Shown here: positions 10,261-24,809 of the stretch, piece after piece
How the letters are laid out: each line of letters starts with the position of its first letter
Position numbering within the stretch: position 1 is the stretch's first letter
Assembly: GCF_018350175.1 (NCBI RefSeq)
Contig: NC_058368.1
Coordinates: forward strand, 234,982,001 to 235,046,000
From: Felis catus
Taxonomy: Eukaryota
Direction of reading: 5' to 3'
DNA length: 64,000 nt
The notes under the pieces: model-generated
What the model was told of the DNA's origin: nothing
Seen by the model: the letters and a program-made list of their open reading frames with translations, nothing else
Database searches by the model: none
Position numbers and translations under genes: made by a program

Positions 10261-13179
10261 GCTCGGCAGTGGTAATGTCCAGTTGTCCTGTGCTTGTCTC
10301 TCTCCCCTCAGGAAGTTCTCAGAGGGAAAAGTGGACAGCTTAACTAACCAGACTGCACCAAGAAACTGGCAAATTGCCAGGGACTCTGTCCTTGTCTCCT
10401 TGTTCAGGGAGAAGTGGGCAGGAAGAGCTAAGAAGGAGTGAAAAGGTGGGTTCCCAGGGACAGCAGCTCTGAGTGGCTGATGCTGGGCCCTGGTGGGCGG
10501 GGGGTGGGGGTGTCTGACCTCCATGGAGGTATGTCCCAACCGGCCAAGCTTGCCAAAACACCTGGATGCCACAGCCATTCACCCATGGTCTGGAGAAAAC
10601 TCAACCACCATCCAGCCCCACCTGTACCATGGTCCCCAAGCAGACTGCTCTGGGTACTTCTGAAATAGAAAAAAGAAGCTGAGAAGCCTATGTCTGCTGA
10701 TGCTCCCAGTTCAGGGAAAGCGACAGGATCTCATGCTTAAACATTTAGAACCAGAATGGGGACTGAACTCAGGGTCCTACATCCTGCCTGCATGCCCCTA
10801 AGGGGGTGTTGGCTCATCCTTTGTAACTGCAGTCAAGGCTGTAAGTCAGTCTCTGCAAGGAAAGGAGCCATACTCAAGATGGGACTACTTGTGGATACAT
10901 AAGTCAGTTAAGGTAACCAACTAGGGATTTTGAGGTACCCTGCAATAACAACTACTGAAGGCCACTACTTGCCCCAGGCCTAAAGAGGCAAGGGAGGAGG
11001 AGTGTCACCTGAGGCAGATGAGAGCTGGTGCCATGGGGGGGAGGGGTTCTCAACCCACAGGGATGGGGCCAGGCCACAGCCACTGGGTCTGCAGCACAGC
11101 AGGTGGGAGACAGAGTGGCCCATCTGGCTGTCTTATGGATCTCAATCTTCATTGATATCTCCATTGACAGAAGCCCGAGGGGAAGGGAGCTGGTAACTTC
11201 AGACCTTCATCTCCTTGGAGCCCAGGCAAGATGGAGGCAGGAGGAAACAATCCAGAAGGGGCAGATAGAAAGCGACCAGCACAGGGCCACTGAGTACAGT
11301 GTTGTTAGTCCAAACAAATGTGCTGCTTCAAAAATGTACCTGACCGAGGACTAGACTCATTCTGCCTGCTGGTCCTTCTCTCCAAAGGAGAAGGGGTTAG
11401 TGGAGAGACAGCAAAGGGCAGAAAAGGAGCAGAATATAAGGGCAATGGGTGAAGTTGGAAAGGGGGAGCAGCATGGAGGAGGCGGAATGGGGGCGCTGTC
11501 CTTGGTGCTGAGTGTTTTTCAGACCACGAATTCTGCTTGGCTCTGCACCGTGGCATCCAGAACGCGGCCTGCTCAGGGGACAATCTCCCTGAGCCTCCAA
11601 AGTGCCAGTGCATAAGCAGGCTTTACGTCTTTATTGGTCACTTGTGAGGGATGATCAGAAGGATGTTTATATCTAGACTGGTTGTTTGTCATATTGATCT
11701 GTTGCCATGGGGACAAGGGGACTGAATTCTCTTTAAAGGGAACAAAACTACTGCTTCTAATTCTGCAAGTAATAAGAGTCACATTCTAGCGAGATGGTGG
11801 AAAAGGTGTTTAATGCCATTCTCCAGGCTGGCCTGGCCCTATGTGCCACTGTCCTGCCCCCACCAGCATCTCCTACCACCAACACTGGTGGGAGAACAGC
11901 AGAGAGGCCAGCTTCATGTGCCCAGGGTTTTCTTGCCAACTATCCCTCCCTGTTACTAAGTATGTGTCTGTCACGGGTCCCTTCAGACCTTATGTTAGCT
12001 AGGGACCAGCTGATGCTGCCCCCACCCTGGTGGTCCTAGACTTCCAACCCACCTGTGAAACACACACCACCACCACCAACCCCCACCACCCCACACACAC
12101 CCACACAGAGAGGAAAATATCTGGAAATTACTCACATGATTCTGGTACCATCAGGAGCCACATAGTATGTGACATTGGATCTCAAGCTGGAGAACTGTTA
12201 GAACTCTCTGCATCTTGCTAGGGCCTCATTCTACCCCACGCACAGACTGGAACGGGTAGGAAGCTGACACAGTTTGTCACATACATATAATTTCTAGGTC
12301 CACATTAACCCATCTGATTTTTCTGACAAAGATATCTCAATTCAATGCCTGAGCTGAATTTAAGGGCATTCTGGTGACGCTGTATGTTTTATGGAAATGG
12401 CCTACGGTACTGGGGACTGAAATGTCACTGATTCAGAAGCCAGCCAAAGCCGTTTAGTGGATCTGTGTAGGCAGGATGAGTCATAACTCATAGTGAAAGC
12501 AAAGTGATGGAGGCATGTGTTCCTGTAGTAAACGCCTTCAAACAGCAGGCGAGGGGAACATCCCACACAGAAGCTAAGGAGACGAGCTTGGCCACCTCCT
12601 TAGGAACCAGCATGGCATTAACCAGTCAGTGAAATGCTACATGATTCCTTTCTCTGTCTTCCTTCCTTTCCTTTAAGGGAAATCACAGTTTTAAGGAAAA
12701 GAGATGTTGAATACCTGTATTTATGTTGTCATTCCTTCCCAGTAATAGAGTGCCAACAGAGTGTGGAGATTGAGAATGAAATCTTTGTTCTTATAGGTAA
12801 GCATTTCTAAAACATCGACATCTTCTCCCTAAATATAAAAGTGAGTGTGCCTTTGATTTGGAGTACTTGAACAACACGCAAGGGCACACACATGTACACA
12901 CATGTACACACATACACACACTTGGGCAGTTCTCCTGAATCCGTGTTGCTCAGCAGTGATGGTTAACATTTTGTATGTTTACTTTTATCCCTTTATTGAT
13001 AGGTGCATAGCGATGAGAGATCAATTAGATGGAGAGAAGGATGACTGATGGATAGATAATGGAATGGATGGACAGGTGGGCAGATACAGAGGTGAATTTG
13101 GAGCACTGGTAAAGAAAAGGAGGAAGTCATCTGCAGAAATTAAGGTGAAAACGATGCATTCCCTTTTTTAGTTAAGCAC

Positions 13180-13560
13180 CTTAGTCTGGGCTTCCCCAGA
13201 AGCACACCTTGAGGCCAGGATTTGGATGAAAGTGGTTAATTCTGGAGGTGACTCCAGGAAGCACCGGTAAGAAAGTGGGGGAGCCCGAGTGGGCCACAGC
13301 TGTGGAAAACGGAGAGCTCACCCCCAGGGAGCTTGGAGACTGTCAACTGGTGTGTGGGATGAGATGGTATGTTTTTACCCATCCGTTCCCAGCCTTTGTT
13401 GCCTGGAGGCTGCCCCCAGGTGCACTGGCTTGCTGGCACTTTCCCACGGTCTCATGCTGCACACCTGCCACCAGAGAAAAGGGGTGGAGCCACAGGAACT
13501 TCAGGAGGAAGGGATCAGAAGGCACAGGTGTCCAGGAGCCTGGCAGGACTCCATCGGCCT
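13180..13560 (-). mobile_element. ERVL solo LTR (LTR16-like)
   Basis: TTAGTCTGGGCTTCCCCAGAAGCACACCTTGAGGCCAGGATTTGGATGAAAGTGGTTAATTCTGGAGGTGACTCCAGGAAGCACCGGTAAGAAAGTGGGG resembles the LTR16 end; right boundary approximate. Confidence 0.65.
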
Positions 13561-14244
13561 CACGGCAGAGGCCCTCCTCTGCCTCCGTCCATGTCTGGAT
13601 TGCCTCCGTCTGTTCCCCTGAAATGCCCTGAGACCTGCCCCTCCTCAGAACCCAGGTCAGCTGTTTACCATGTTTTACTTAGCATTTCCCGAGGTGTTAC
13701 CCACAGGAATCCTACGAGAGCGTTTGAGAAAATGGGTGTCTGGGGATTGAATAAATTTTCTTATTCTGCCTTGTATTTATCCTTCTTAAAAAAAATCTAA
13801 GCCACCTGTTTAAAAAATGTTTAATTTTGTTTATCCCTATCATCGCAATATCCTTATTGTAAGTGTTATAACAGTATAATATTAAAAGCCATGGATCCCA
13901 GTTGAGGAAATGCCAGGTAATTGTAATAGTTCAACTCGTACACCGGTGACTGTGTGCACTTCCAATTCACATGCCATAATTTTTATGCTGGCATTCATGC
14001 TTCACCAAGCCTGCTTTCCATCTTATAATTCCCTAATATCCCTTCAAATATCTTCTACTTTAGCTAAATTATACTCCGTTTCATTTCCCATTTGTTACCT
14101 ATGATTTTCTGCATTCATTCACGGTTTATTATTCACTCATCGATACATTAATGAGCGTGTTCTGACTCAAAATTATTCCAGGGTCTAAGAGAAGCAAAAT
14201 ATAATTTTGTTTTCAATTTTAAGAATTAGGATCTTTTAAAAACT

Positions 14245-15062
14245 CTTTTTTCACCATGGTAAGTGTAATCTTTAATCCCCAACACCCATTTTACCCCCTC
14301 GCCCCTGTCTGCCTCCCCTCTGGTAACCATCAGTTTGTTCTCTGTAGTTAAGAGTCTTTCTTGGTTTGCCTCTCTTTCCTTTTTTCCCTTTGCTCCTTTG
14401 TTTTGTTTCTTAAATTCTACATACAAGCGAGATCGTATGGTGCTTGTCTCTCTCTGACTAACTTATTTTGCTTGGTGTAATACTCTCTAGCTCCATCCAT
14501 GTCATTGCAAATAGCAGGATTTCATTCTTTTTTTATGCCTGAATAATATTCCATTAAATACTTACCACAGCCTCTTCATTCATTCATCTATCAATGGACA
14601 CTTGAACCACTTCCATAATTTGGTTTTTGTAAATAAGGCAACTATAAACATCAGGGTGCACGTATCCCTTTGAATTAGTGTTCTTGTGTTTTGGGGGTAA
14701 ATGCCCAGTAGGGTAATTACTGGATCATAGGCTAGATCTATTTTTAATTTTTTGAGGAAGCTCCACACTGTTCTGCACCGTGTCTGTGCCAGTTTGCATT
14801 CCCACCAACAGTGCAAGAGGGTTTCTTTTTCTTCACATCTTCATCAACACTTGTTTTTTGTGTTTTTGATTTTAGTCATTCTGACAGGTGGGAGGTGGTA
14901 TCTCATGGTGGTTTTGATTTGCATCTCCCTGATGATGAGTGATGTTGAGCATCTTTTCATGTGTCTGTTACCCATCTGGCTGTTTTCTTTGGTGACATGT
15001 CTGTTCATGTCTTTTGCCTATTTTTAATTGAATTATTTGTTTTGGGGGTGTTGAGTTATAAC
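14245..15062 (-). mobile_element. 5'-truncated carnivore L1 (ORF2 C-terminus plus 3' UTR)
   Basis: Minus ORF 14580-14816 HCWWECKL...[25 protein letters not shown]...CTLMFIVALFT...KCP is the L1 ORF2 C-terminal cysteine-rich domain; followed by an L1_Carn-type 3' UTR. Confidence 0.95.
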
Positions 15063-18000
15063 TATCCCAGTGTCTAAAGGAAGTCAAATGAAAAACCTGA
15101 CTCACCGTTTGTTAACATTTCTTTGTGCTCTGGCTAAACTTTGCGTTTCCTGCAAACATCTTGTCTTGGTTACCCACTCTCATTCATCCGCTTGATCGTC
15201 AGGTGCCAATAGAACACAGATGAACCGCGATTCACGTTTTTACTTGGAAGTCTCGTGCATATGGGGTCTTTATCCTCAGATCAGCCCCTGGGGCAGCTGT
15301 ATGTTCTGCCACTTTTGTGGAGTCAATGGCAGAGGAACACCTCACCCAATGTCTGTTGACCTGAATTGACTGAGATCTGCCTGAGGATATGGGGTCCAGA
15401 GTCTCCAGATGGAAGAAAGGTCACATGATTAAGGTACCTGCCCCCACTTTGCTCGTGACGTCCTGGTTGGCGTTCCATGAAATACACTGCTTTTTAAATT
15501 GGGGGCTCAAAAGAAACTTTTAAAGGACCCATTAGTCTGATAAGAAGTGCCCAGACTCTGTCGTCGTCATGAGTAGGAACAGTGATGGCAGAACAATTAG
15601 ACACAAGCCTCATTTCCATTTCTTGCACTCAGTTGGAAATGAAATGAATACGATATAACATACCCCCAAACTCAAGAGAGGTACTGACTCTCTGAGTCGC
15701 TGAAAATGGCTTTCTAACAGATATGATCGTTTCTGTGCAGACGGTGGGGAAGATGAAGAAACGCTGAACATTTTCTCCCCGTGACAAACAGGCACACCTT
15801 CCGCGTGCATTTCTGATGTCACACTCAGCTCCAGGCTCTCCTTCATCTGCTGGGTCATAACACAGATCAACTCCGGGGAGGGAGGGTGCTCTGTGAGATC
15901 AGAAGAGAAGATTGCCAGGGAAGAACAAGACATCTTACAAACACACAAACAGCACGTGCTGGACCAGGCTGAGCACAGGTGTGAGCACGTGTTGAGTGGT
16001 GCCTTGTCCCAGCTTCTGTTACGGCACGTCAGGGGGTCACGAACCCTTTGTTCATTGTCCCGAGGGAAACAAGCACTTTGAAGGTCTCCCCAGGAAGGTG
16101 GGCAGGGGCTAGAGTTAGCCTACAAGGAAGGCGTCAGGTGAGTTCTGCTTGGGGATCTTCCCATGGTGATTTGTCAGAGATGCTCCAAATGCAAATACCT
16201 TAAACAAAACCTTATCCACGGAGTTGGCTGGAACCAACAGCTCGCGAGAAGATGCCACGTTGAGTTGCTGGTGTTTTGTGAGACTTCTGGCTTCGGGATA
16301 GTCCCTGGGATAATTGTGAAGCTGGACTTATTTTCTTCTGAGTTTCTGACAAATCGCCCATCTGGCTATTATTCTATTTATGTGTCTCTCACATCCCTTT
16401 CTCGAGAGATAAGGAATCTTGCTCTTCTCATGAAATGGACGGCTGCACAGGATCATAATGAGAAAGCTAATAAAGAAGGAATTTTTAGCAGGATAAGTGG
16501 CTTCTTGAATAAAGGATTCCTTTATTACTTCATGAATCATGGTTAAAAGCTAATGTCATGAGGCTGAGGAATTGTCTGCAGTGCAAAAAAAAAAAAAAAA
16601 ACAGAAATAGGAAAAAAAGTAGAGAACTTTGCAGACTGCTGGCTGTTGATGTAGTTTATCAGAACTGAACCAAGAAACTGAAACTGCCGTGTTATCTTAG
16701 GGACTGAGAAACCCCAGGGTCCCCTGTGTGTCACTGGCATTGACACTTAAGTTCTAATGCCACCAAGTGTGCTGTTTGTAGCATAGTTTTCGCGAAGAAG
16801 AAAGACAAAGCAATGCTTGGGTTATTAATCACATTCTTCATGTGATCCAATTACTAGGGACATGAGGATGGGAAAAACCAAGATAAGACAGACAGAAAGA
16901 AGCAGTGGGTGAGGAGTCTGGGTCAGAAGGAAGAAGAATTATTGGTGAGGCAGAGGATGGGGGAGGGGTCACGCCCCCCTCCCCCCGCCATCCCGCCCCA
17001 GTGCTTCCATTCAGACTCTCCGCTCCCTGGAGTTTCCGATGCCCTGCACAAAGAAACCAGGAGGGGGGATTGCACACTTTCTGAGAAATGGGATCCACCA
17101 GGGCACCCACAGGGGCAGGGGGCACAAGTCAGGGCTGCAGGTGTACCTATGGCACCCCGTGGAAACTCCTACAAAGTCCAGTGGTCCGTGGGAAGCCAGT
17201 TCTGCTACTCAGGGCCATAATTAGTCGTTCTCAAGAAGAGCAGTCCACGGGGCTGCCTGGGCTCCATGGAGCATTCTCAGGGCCCAGAACCGACTGGCAC
17301 AGGCACAAGGCAGTTGGGAGAGGGCACCAGCAGGGGCAGGGACAGGCACCTCCAGGAGCCACAGGCAAACTGCCACGGGCGCCCTCTGCTGATGGAAACA
17401 GGAGCCTGCTTTCCTCGGCTTTGAAGGGCCTGGCAGGCAGGACTCTGAGGTGTGAACAAGAGAGCCAGCAGAAGCAGGTGTCCCCGTGAGCTGCCGGGGA
17501 TACACGCACGCACGTCGCTGAACCGGTCTGTGTCTCTTCAGAGAGTAGCCCGGAGAGGGCACCTGAAGATTCTGTGGACGCTGACGATGTCAGAGGGGCC
17601 ACGCGGGCTGGGAGGAGGGAGGGAGGGCGCCAGGGGCGCTGCACAGTCCCTGACACCCTGCATGAGGATGAAATGACCTCACCTTCTCCAGGACACCAAC
17701 AGCAACGGGGAATCGAAGTTCATCAGAGAATCTTAAAAGCAGGAAAGCCGGGAAGGTGACCCGGGGCCCCTTAAATAAAGGACGTGCCTCTGCCTTTGGA
17801 ACAGCCTCCCTGAACTGCGAGCCGGCGCACAGACGTGAGGGACAGAGGGTCCCAGCAGTAACTTCGCACCCACCACACTCCGTCTTGACCTCTGTGCTGC
17901 TTCCCCCGTCCACGTGTCCACCACGGCAGGTGACAGGTCGTGCGTGGCCCCTGCTCTGCCCTGGACTGTAGACCCCCCAGGCACAGGACTAGGCGATGCG

Positions 18001-18489
18001 CCCTGCACAGCCTCCCCCCGCCCCCGGGGATTGGGGAGTGAGTAACTAAGAGGCCACACGATGAGGGGGAGACACGTGAAAGAATAGAGAATTTGTCCCA
18101 CATAAGTCCCACTAGAAATTCTCCCCGAGGACAAGCCTTGAGACAGAGCCCCACATCCCAGTGGATTTGCTTCAGAAGAAGAAGGAAGGGGGTGGGGGCG
18201 GGAAAGGGAGGGAAGTGTGCTTAGATAGCAACCCTCAAATCTTTTCAAGACATGGGAACCCCCGCCCTAGCCAGCTCCAGCATTAGCTGGGGGCGGAGTG
18301 AGATCTGTAAATCACGTGGGACACTGAGTCACAGCACAGATGTGCCTTCGCCCCCATTCTGTTCTCCCCCATCTGTCTCCTGCTCCTGCCTCAGTGATGA
18401 CTCCGCAGGCCAGCAACGTGAGGCCCCCCAGGTGAGAGCGTGGGGAGGCCCCCTCCTAAAGAGGGTCACTATCTAAGTCCTCACCTTTT

Positions 18490-18712
18490 CGTTTAAAGTT
18501 TTTTTTTTTTAATGTTTATTTATTTATTTTGAGAGCTAGAGCGTGAGCAGGTGGGGAAGGGGCAGAGAGAGAGAGAGAGAGAGAATTCCAAACAGGCTCC
18601 ACCTTGTCAGCACAGAGCCTGACGTGGGGCTCGATCCCACGAACCGTGAGATCATGACCTGAGCTGAAATCAAGAGTTGGATGCTCAACTGGCTGAGCCA
18701 CCCAGGCGTCCC
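18490..18712 (-). mobile_element. Can-SINE (Fc2-like)
   Basis: Full element; TSD AGTCCTCACCTTTT (18476-18489, 18715-18728). Confidence 0.96.
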
Positions 18713-21597
18713 TGAGTCCTCACCTTTTAAGGTGTCTCCCTCAGGAGGCAGCTGGGAGTGCCATGGCATCCGGGTTTGGGTGCCCTATGGCCGTGGCCTA
18801 CAAGGCTCCCAGGGTGGAAGCTGAGAGTACAGGTGCACACGGGGCTTGGGGTCCTGGGCGACTCCCCTCCAGAAGCCCCTCTGGTGGCTCCAAGGGCCTG
18901 GCGGGCCGTTCTCACTACCAGGGCGGTGGATGGACAAACCCATACAAAATCTCGCTCTGTCTCCACGCTGGTCGCAGTCTCATAACATCCCCCATTCCAA
19001 TAAGCCCTCCCGGACAGCCTACCCCTTCCCCAGCTCTGGAGACGCAGGACACGAGGCAGCACCAGTCTTGTGATGCAAATGCCACCTCACCCGGGACCCT
19101 GCCCGTGGCTTGAAGCCATCTGTTCCTGTCCGTCTGACTGCAGCCCCACGTCTGTTCTGTGGCCTCGCTGCCTCCCAGGCGGTGCCTCGTCCTCGCAGAT
19201 GGGAGACACCTTGAGAACAGACTCAGTAATGAATCCTTTCTCCCTCTAATGCAGCTTGTTATTTAAAAGTACTAGAACACAATGATTCTTTTTTAACGAA
19301 TAGATAATTAGAAGGGAAGCCAGTACAGGCAACCTTACCGGAGGGATCTAGGATTTATTATTCTCCTCACAGGATATTAATATCAAACACTTACTGGTTC
19401 AGTAGGAGCCTGGATATGAATGATTAGGGAAGGGGAGTGAGGTAGGGGACAGAGAAGGAGAAGGAGGTAGAGGGAAAAGGGGGGGGGGTGTAATGGATCT
19501 GGGTGGATGCATCCGTACCCTCCAATTCAGTCTTCCTTACGTAGATAGAAAAGTTGAAATTTCCTAAAACAACGGCTAGAATGTGGTTTATCCTTTGTGC
19601 TACACCATGGGGCAAACTCTTTGGATCCATTGGGGGGGCAGTGGGGACAAATCCCGGTCTGCAGCGTCTATGTTGGAGCACTGTTGGCTACTGGTGCTCA
19701 CCACTTTCTTCCCAGGGAAGGTCCCGGAAGTTTCATTGGAGACCGTTGGCACACGGGATAGACTGGGATAAGTCAGCCGTTCGCTGGGAAAGGGTTCAAA
19801 GCTGGACCACGCCCCCCCAGCCCCGACTCCTACGATGAAACCGAGCAGGTAGATACCCCAACCACACCCCATCTGCCCCCACCTCGGGGCCTGTCTGTTC
19901 AGCCCCTACTTGGGTGAGCAAAGACGTGCGTGGACGTGGGACCAGGAGAGGCCGCGGCCCGTCGGCCCCTCTGCTTCCCGATCGGCTGCCGAAGACCCAT
20001 CTGTACGCCCTTCGCCAAAGAGCAGACGGAGATTTAGCACAGCAGAAGTAAATAACAGAAAACTTGACTTGAAAAGGGTACATTGTGACTTTTAGCCTCC
20101 ACTAGGTGCCAGAAATGACATTTCTTCTTGAACCACTAACGCGGTTCAGGGCCAACATCACACATTTGTTCAGCATCTGCGGGGTAAACGCTCTGTGGTT
20201 CGTCAAACACCCAGGCCGTTTCGCCGCCAGCCCGGAATCCTTCCAAGCCAGCTGATGGTCACACACGGGCTGGGAGCGATTACTTTCCAAATGGAAGCCT
20301 GGCACGCCGAGCGTCCTCATGTACAGGCCGGGCCAAGCGTTAGGTGTCCTGTAATAATTATTTTCTATTTCTGGCCACTGCGGAGGTGGCTGCCTGTCGT
20401 TCTCGCTCAAACATATTGAAAGCATACATCCCATCCCATTACCGCTCCCCAAATTCAACATCTTGCAGGCTGGTTTTGCATCCGTTTGAATAAGGACTAT
20501 AAACTTAAGTGTTGCTTCTTCACGCGATCCAAATTGTCAGATTCATCTCGGCTACCTATCCTGGTTTTCTGCCTGACACTTTAGATCGGTGCAAAGACGC
20601 CGGTCTGTCCAATGGATCCAGTCTAAACTCCCAACTGGCACTCGGCACCTACTGCAGTGTGGCCAGACCTGTCTACACTGCTTGCACGTGACAGTCTGGC
20701 GCCGACGCTGCCAGGCTGCTCGCCTCTCCCTGGGTACACACCCCTGCTCGTTGGGGGCCTCGCTCCTTCTCTTCCGCCCGAGGACGGTGTGCCTGTGGAG
20801 CTTGGGGGGGCTGGCAAGGAGAATGTTAATGAAGCTTGCCTCCCCTTCTGGGAAACACACTTCTCAAGGCAGGGAGCCTACCGCCTGCATCCCGTTGTAT
20901 ATATAGCACAGTGCTTCGCGCGTAATAGACGCTTGCCAAATATTCACGGCCTGATTGCTGTTTGTTGCCCGAGTGACTACGCAGACGGATGGCTATCTTG
21001 GAGACAGAAAGCCTAATGAATAAATAAGCACGTTGGGGTCACAATGATAAACATTTCCATTGATGCTGTCCTTAGTCACGTTTGAGGAAAAGTACAAAGC
21101 TTTATCAGACAATTGTTTGCAAGAGAATTCACACCGCATGACTTTTACGGCCATGACGGTTTTGTCCTAAAAAGCACAACCCGTAAGATTTGACATAGAC
21201 CGAGATTTCTCCCTCAGAAGAAAACTACTGGGTACACTCTTATTCTGCAAAATAATTAGCCTAACTTTTTGTTTATTAACAGTTACTTTTATATACTGAA
21301 GATATGATTGATATCCAAGATAAGATGTTCCTTTTCAATCAAGAGGACTCAAATCGTATAAACTGTTTTCTCGTTTAGTTTCTTGCTGTTTAACATGAGC
21401 TACACTTTCTACATGAAATCACACACACACACACAGTTTTCCCTATCCAGTGCATTAATGTTGAAATATTTTCATGCTTTGGGTTCTATTATTAATAATT
21501 TAAGCTTTCTGTGTTTAGCTCAAATTTTGTTCCCACTTAGTGGGGGTCGCCCCTGTTGACTCAGTTTGGATATCTGAGATACTGGTAATTGCTATCT

Positions 21598-21940
21598 TTT
21601 CATTATCCAATCGATGAATACTAACTGCTGTGTGCCTCGTGGCAGATAACACTGGACACTGGGATGTCCTTGTGAATTAACCAGACAAGGCCTTTGTGTG
21701 GAAGAAACAGATGATACGTAGCATAAATGAGGAGACGATACAGTAGCTCAAATGATGCGAATTTCAGAAAAAGAGCCCTGGAGAGGGTGCAGGCAGTGTT
21801 GGGGAGAGTGGCTGTAAATGTAAGTCAGTTGGTCACAGAAGGCGTCCTGAGAAGGGGGTATCTGAATAAATACGGGGGGCAGGTGAGCATGAGACACATA
21901 CGGGTGTTGAGAATAACAGTGCAGGCCACAGAAACAATAA
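21598..21940 (-). mobile_element. L2 3' relic
   Basis: TTCATTATCCAATCGATGAATACTAACTGCTG...CACTGGGATGTCCTTGTGAATTAACCAGACAAGG...GGTCACAGAAGGCGTCCTGAGAAGGGGGTATCTGAATAAA matches antisense L2 end. Confidence 0.65.
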
Positions 21941-22553
21941 ACCGCGTCACCTCGATACGACGCGACCAGAGTTCTCTGGCGGACATGGTAGCTTTCTCAC
22001 CTGCTCTCCGCCAGGCACAGCCATCACCCACAGGTGCCCTGTTCATTGCCCTATTGTGGCCTCACGACACAGGCTCTAAAGGCCTGGGAGCCCCAGGACC
22101 ATAACTGTGCTCAGTGGCTTTGCCGGGGGTTCCTTGGATGAGGGGGGGTGGGGTGGCAAGGTTAGCTCTTCCCTCACCACTGACTGTTGTTCCCCAGAGA
22201 ACACCTAGGGACAGCTTCGTCAGGGAGCATGTTGAGAGACCAGAGGCCTCATCTAGATTAGGACTCTTCCCTCTGATGGCGGCCAAAGCGAAGATTTTAC
22301 TGCATCTCTTAAATGAGTTGGCTTTACTTCTCTTCAATATTTACGTCATTATAAACATTTACAATTATCCGGTCACACTCACTCTGAGATCTGAGGGGGC
22401 AAAATGCCGAACACAGCTGTAATCACCACACTTAGTTAGGCCTTGAAGACGTGTTCAAAGTTTATTCCCGCTCTGTGAAAAGTAAAGTGCATCTATGATT
22501 CCATTGTAGTATCACCTGTACTAAAAAAAAAAAAGAAAGAAAGAAAAAAAGAA

Positions 22554-22757
22554 GGGTGCCGGGGTGGCTCAGTTGGTTGAGCCTCTGACTCTTGATTTCA
22601 GCTCAGGCCATGATCTCATGGTTTGTGAGTTCAAGCCCCAGGTTGGGCTCAGCGCTGACAGGGCGGAACCTGTCTGGGGTTCTCTCTCTCCCTCTCTCTG
22701 TCCCTCCTCTGCTTGCACACTCTCTGTCTCTCTCTCCGTCTCTTAAAAGAAAAAAAA
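22554..22757 (+). mobile_element. Can-SINE (Fc2-like) in an A-rich target
   Basis: GGGTGCCGGGGTGGCTCAGTTGGTTGAGCC head, CT tract, AAAAGAAAAAAAAG tail. Confidence 0.93.
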
Positions 22758-23007
22758 GTCATTCCAGGAGAGGGATCGTAGACCCCATTACTGACACTGG
22801 CCCTACCTTTGTAACCACCGCCATTGTTAAAGGCTTTCCATGATTATTGAACATGTCCTCCCCCACCCCCTCCTCTAGGGGACTCTGAGCGTTCACAGAA
22901 GCTTCAGTTCATAGGGTGGAGTGAAAAGTATCCCCAGGAGACCCTGAGAAAGAATGGGACAGTCAGACAGGTTGTATCAAGATGGACGCAGGGTATTAAA
23001 GAAAAGC

Positions 23008-23130
23008 ATGGGGGGAGGGGAAGAAAGGGAGATAAAGAGAGGAGAGGGGGAGGGAGGGAGGGAGAGAGGGAGGGAGACAGGAAGGGGGGGAGGAAGAGGG
23101 AGAGACAGACAGAGACAGAGAGAGAGAGAA
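23008..23130. repeat. Polypurine (GGGA/GA)n low-complexity tract
   Basis: About 120 nt almost purely G/A on the + strand. Confidence 0.9.
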
Positions 23131-23931
23131 TAACAGAAGGCTCAGAGAGCCACCATAGCTCCGGATTCTGGAGAAATACTGATGTTCTCCAACATGTCAA
23201 GGGGGTAGACACCCCAAGGCCAGCCCATTCCTGAAGGGCAGGTGCTCTGACCACAGAGTGGCCGGCCACACAGTCCCGAGCCCGTATGACTACGGGTCAC
23301 TGCTGGGAAGAGGAGGATCTCTGGGGAATTCGCACGCCATAGCACGCCAACTACGTCGCTCTGATGAGCAGCAGGCTGCTTGTGTCAGTGGGCTGCCCTC
23401 ACCTTCCGGCTGTTGTGACAGATGATTGGCAAAGGAGTGCTTGGGGACTTGTCCCCACTACCCGTTATGAATCCACGTAAAGCCATATTGAATTAAACAT
23501 CTGTCGGCAACTAAGTCAGAGCCACCCAAACCCAGCCTCCTATGTCATCGATGTGTTTGCGGCCGAGACATAATGAAAATCCGGTGGTAAAACAAACAGA
23601 AAGATGCCTGACGCAGCGTGGCACAATTAGTCTAGGATTGTAGCTTTCAAGCCCAGAGAGTATGAGCAGTGGTTTGAGATGGCCATGCTCTTTTCCTGAA
23701 CGTGCACATCAGTGCTCACATGTCACGTTAAAGTCAGGGTAAAATATAGCATGGCGTGTAAACAATAGGAGCACAATAGATGCACAGGCTATAAACCCAA
23801 CAAAATAAACTCGGTTTAGATGCCAAAGGTGTGCTGCAAAGGAGAGGTGGAGAGAACACTTGGAAAGACAAAGATTGCAAACGTGGTGATGGTCTTCTCT
23901 CTGTGAAAGCAACATCTTCACTAGGGTATTT

Positions 23932-23999
23932 TCTTTTTTCCTTAAGTTCATTTATTTATTTTGAGAGAGAGCACACAAGCAGGGGAGGGGCAGAAAGAG

Positions 24000-24034
<35 letters not shown>

Positions 24035-24160
24035 CCCAAGCAGGCTCCGCACTGTCAGCGCAGAGCCCGATGGAGGGCTCAAACTCACGAACTGCGAGAT
24101 CACAACCTGAGCCAAGATCAAGAGTCAGACCCTTAACCGACTGAGCCACCCAGGTGTCCC
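23932..24160 (-). mobile_element. Can-SINE (Fc2-like)
   Basis: Full element; degenerate TSD CTTCACTAGGGTATTT / CTTCACTCAGGTATTT. Confidence 0.95.
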
Positions 24161-24809
24161 TTCACTCAGGTATTTCCAGTTGCATCTATTGGTTGGCAAA
24201 TCGCTGAGATCAACTATTGATTAAATATGTCAGCTGCAATAAAAACGTTTGAATAATAAGGCACTAGACGATCTGGAGTCGTTTTCACGGAGAACAGAGG
24301 GGGAGGCTGGAAAGTACATTTTGCTGGGGGACCCTGGAGCTTTGAGATGGCGGTATGGGGCAGACAAGAGAGACGGAGGAGAGCAGACAGGTGAGCCCAG
24401 CACCCGGGGCTTTCTGCCTCCGGAAGCACGTGCTGGTTCTGGATAGCTGAGAGACTGAGAAACTGAACGGAGCTTTGGCATTGCCCTTGTGGGGCTAGGG
24501 GGACGAAGATGGGAGTTGGGGTCTGCTGTGGGGCCGGGGGGATGGCACTCAGGCATCCTTGGTGCACTGAGTTGGAGGTGTGGATCCCGCCCAGACAGAC
24601 TGCATGGGCCCCCCACCCTCGTCTCCATGGAGACGAACCTCCAGACTTAACCACTGCCTCCAGCAATGGTATCGGGATAAAATCAGCTTGGGTGTGCTCC
24701 CCTCGACGGGTGCGATGCTTTCTTTCACAGCATTCACCTCAAGTAGCTCGAAAAGTAACGCATGTTAAATCCAAATAAACGGAAGGAAAAAAAATAACTA
24801 AGGGAAGAA

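Noticed and set aside
14580..15027. ORF2-like peptide as a functional CDS
   Set aside because: Short 5'-truncated L1 fragment; not an intact ORF2.
19424..19870. Odd-looking segment with a Trp-rich 94-aa ORF, considered as a foreign or viral insert
   Set aside because: No recognisable viral motif, TSD or compositional break; a blastx search would be needed.
16900..20450. GC/CpG-rich stretches as a CpG-island promoter (also 25700-26450 and 49300-49750)
   Set aside because: CpGs are scattered, not island-dense, and similar CpG enrichment occurs in old repeats here, suggesting regional GC bias; no first exon is visible.
23355..23400. Hammerhead-like CTGATGAG followed by an AGCAGC/GCTGCT stem
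   Set aside because: No GAAA after the stem and no stems I/III with an NUH cleavage site.
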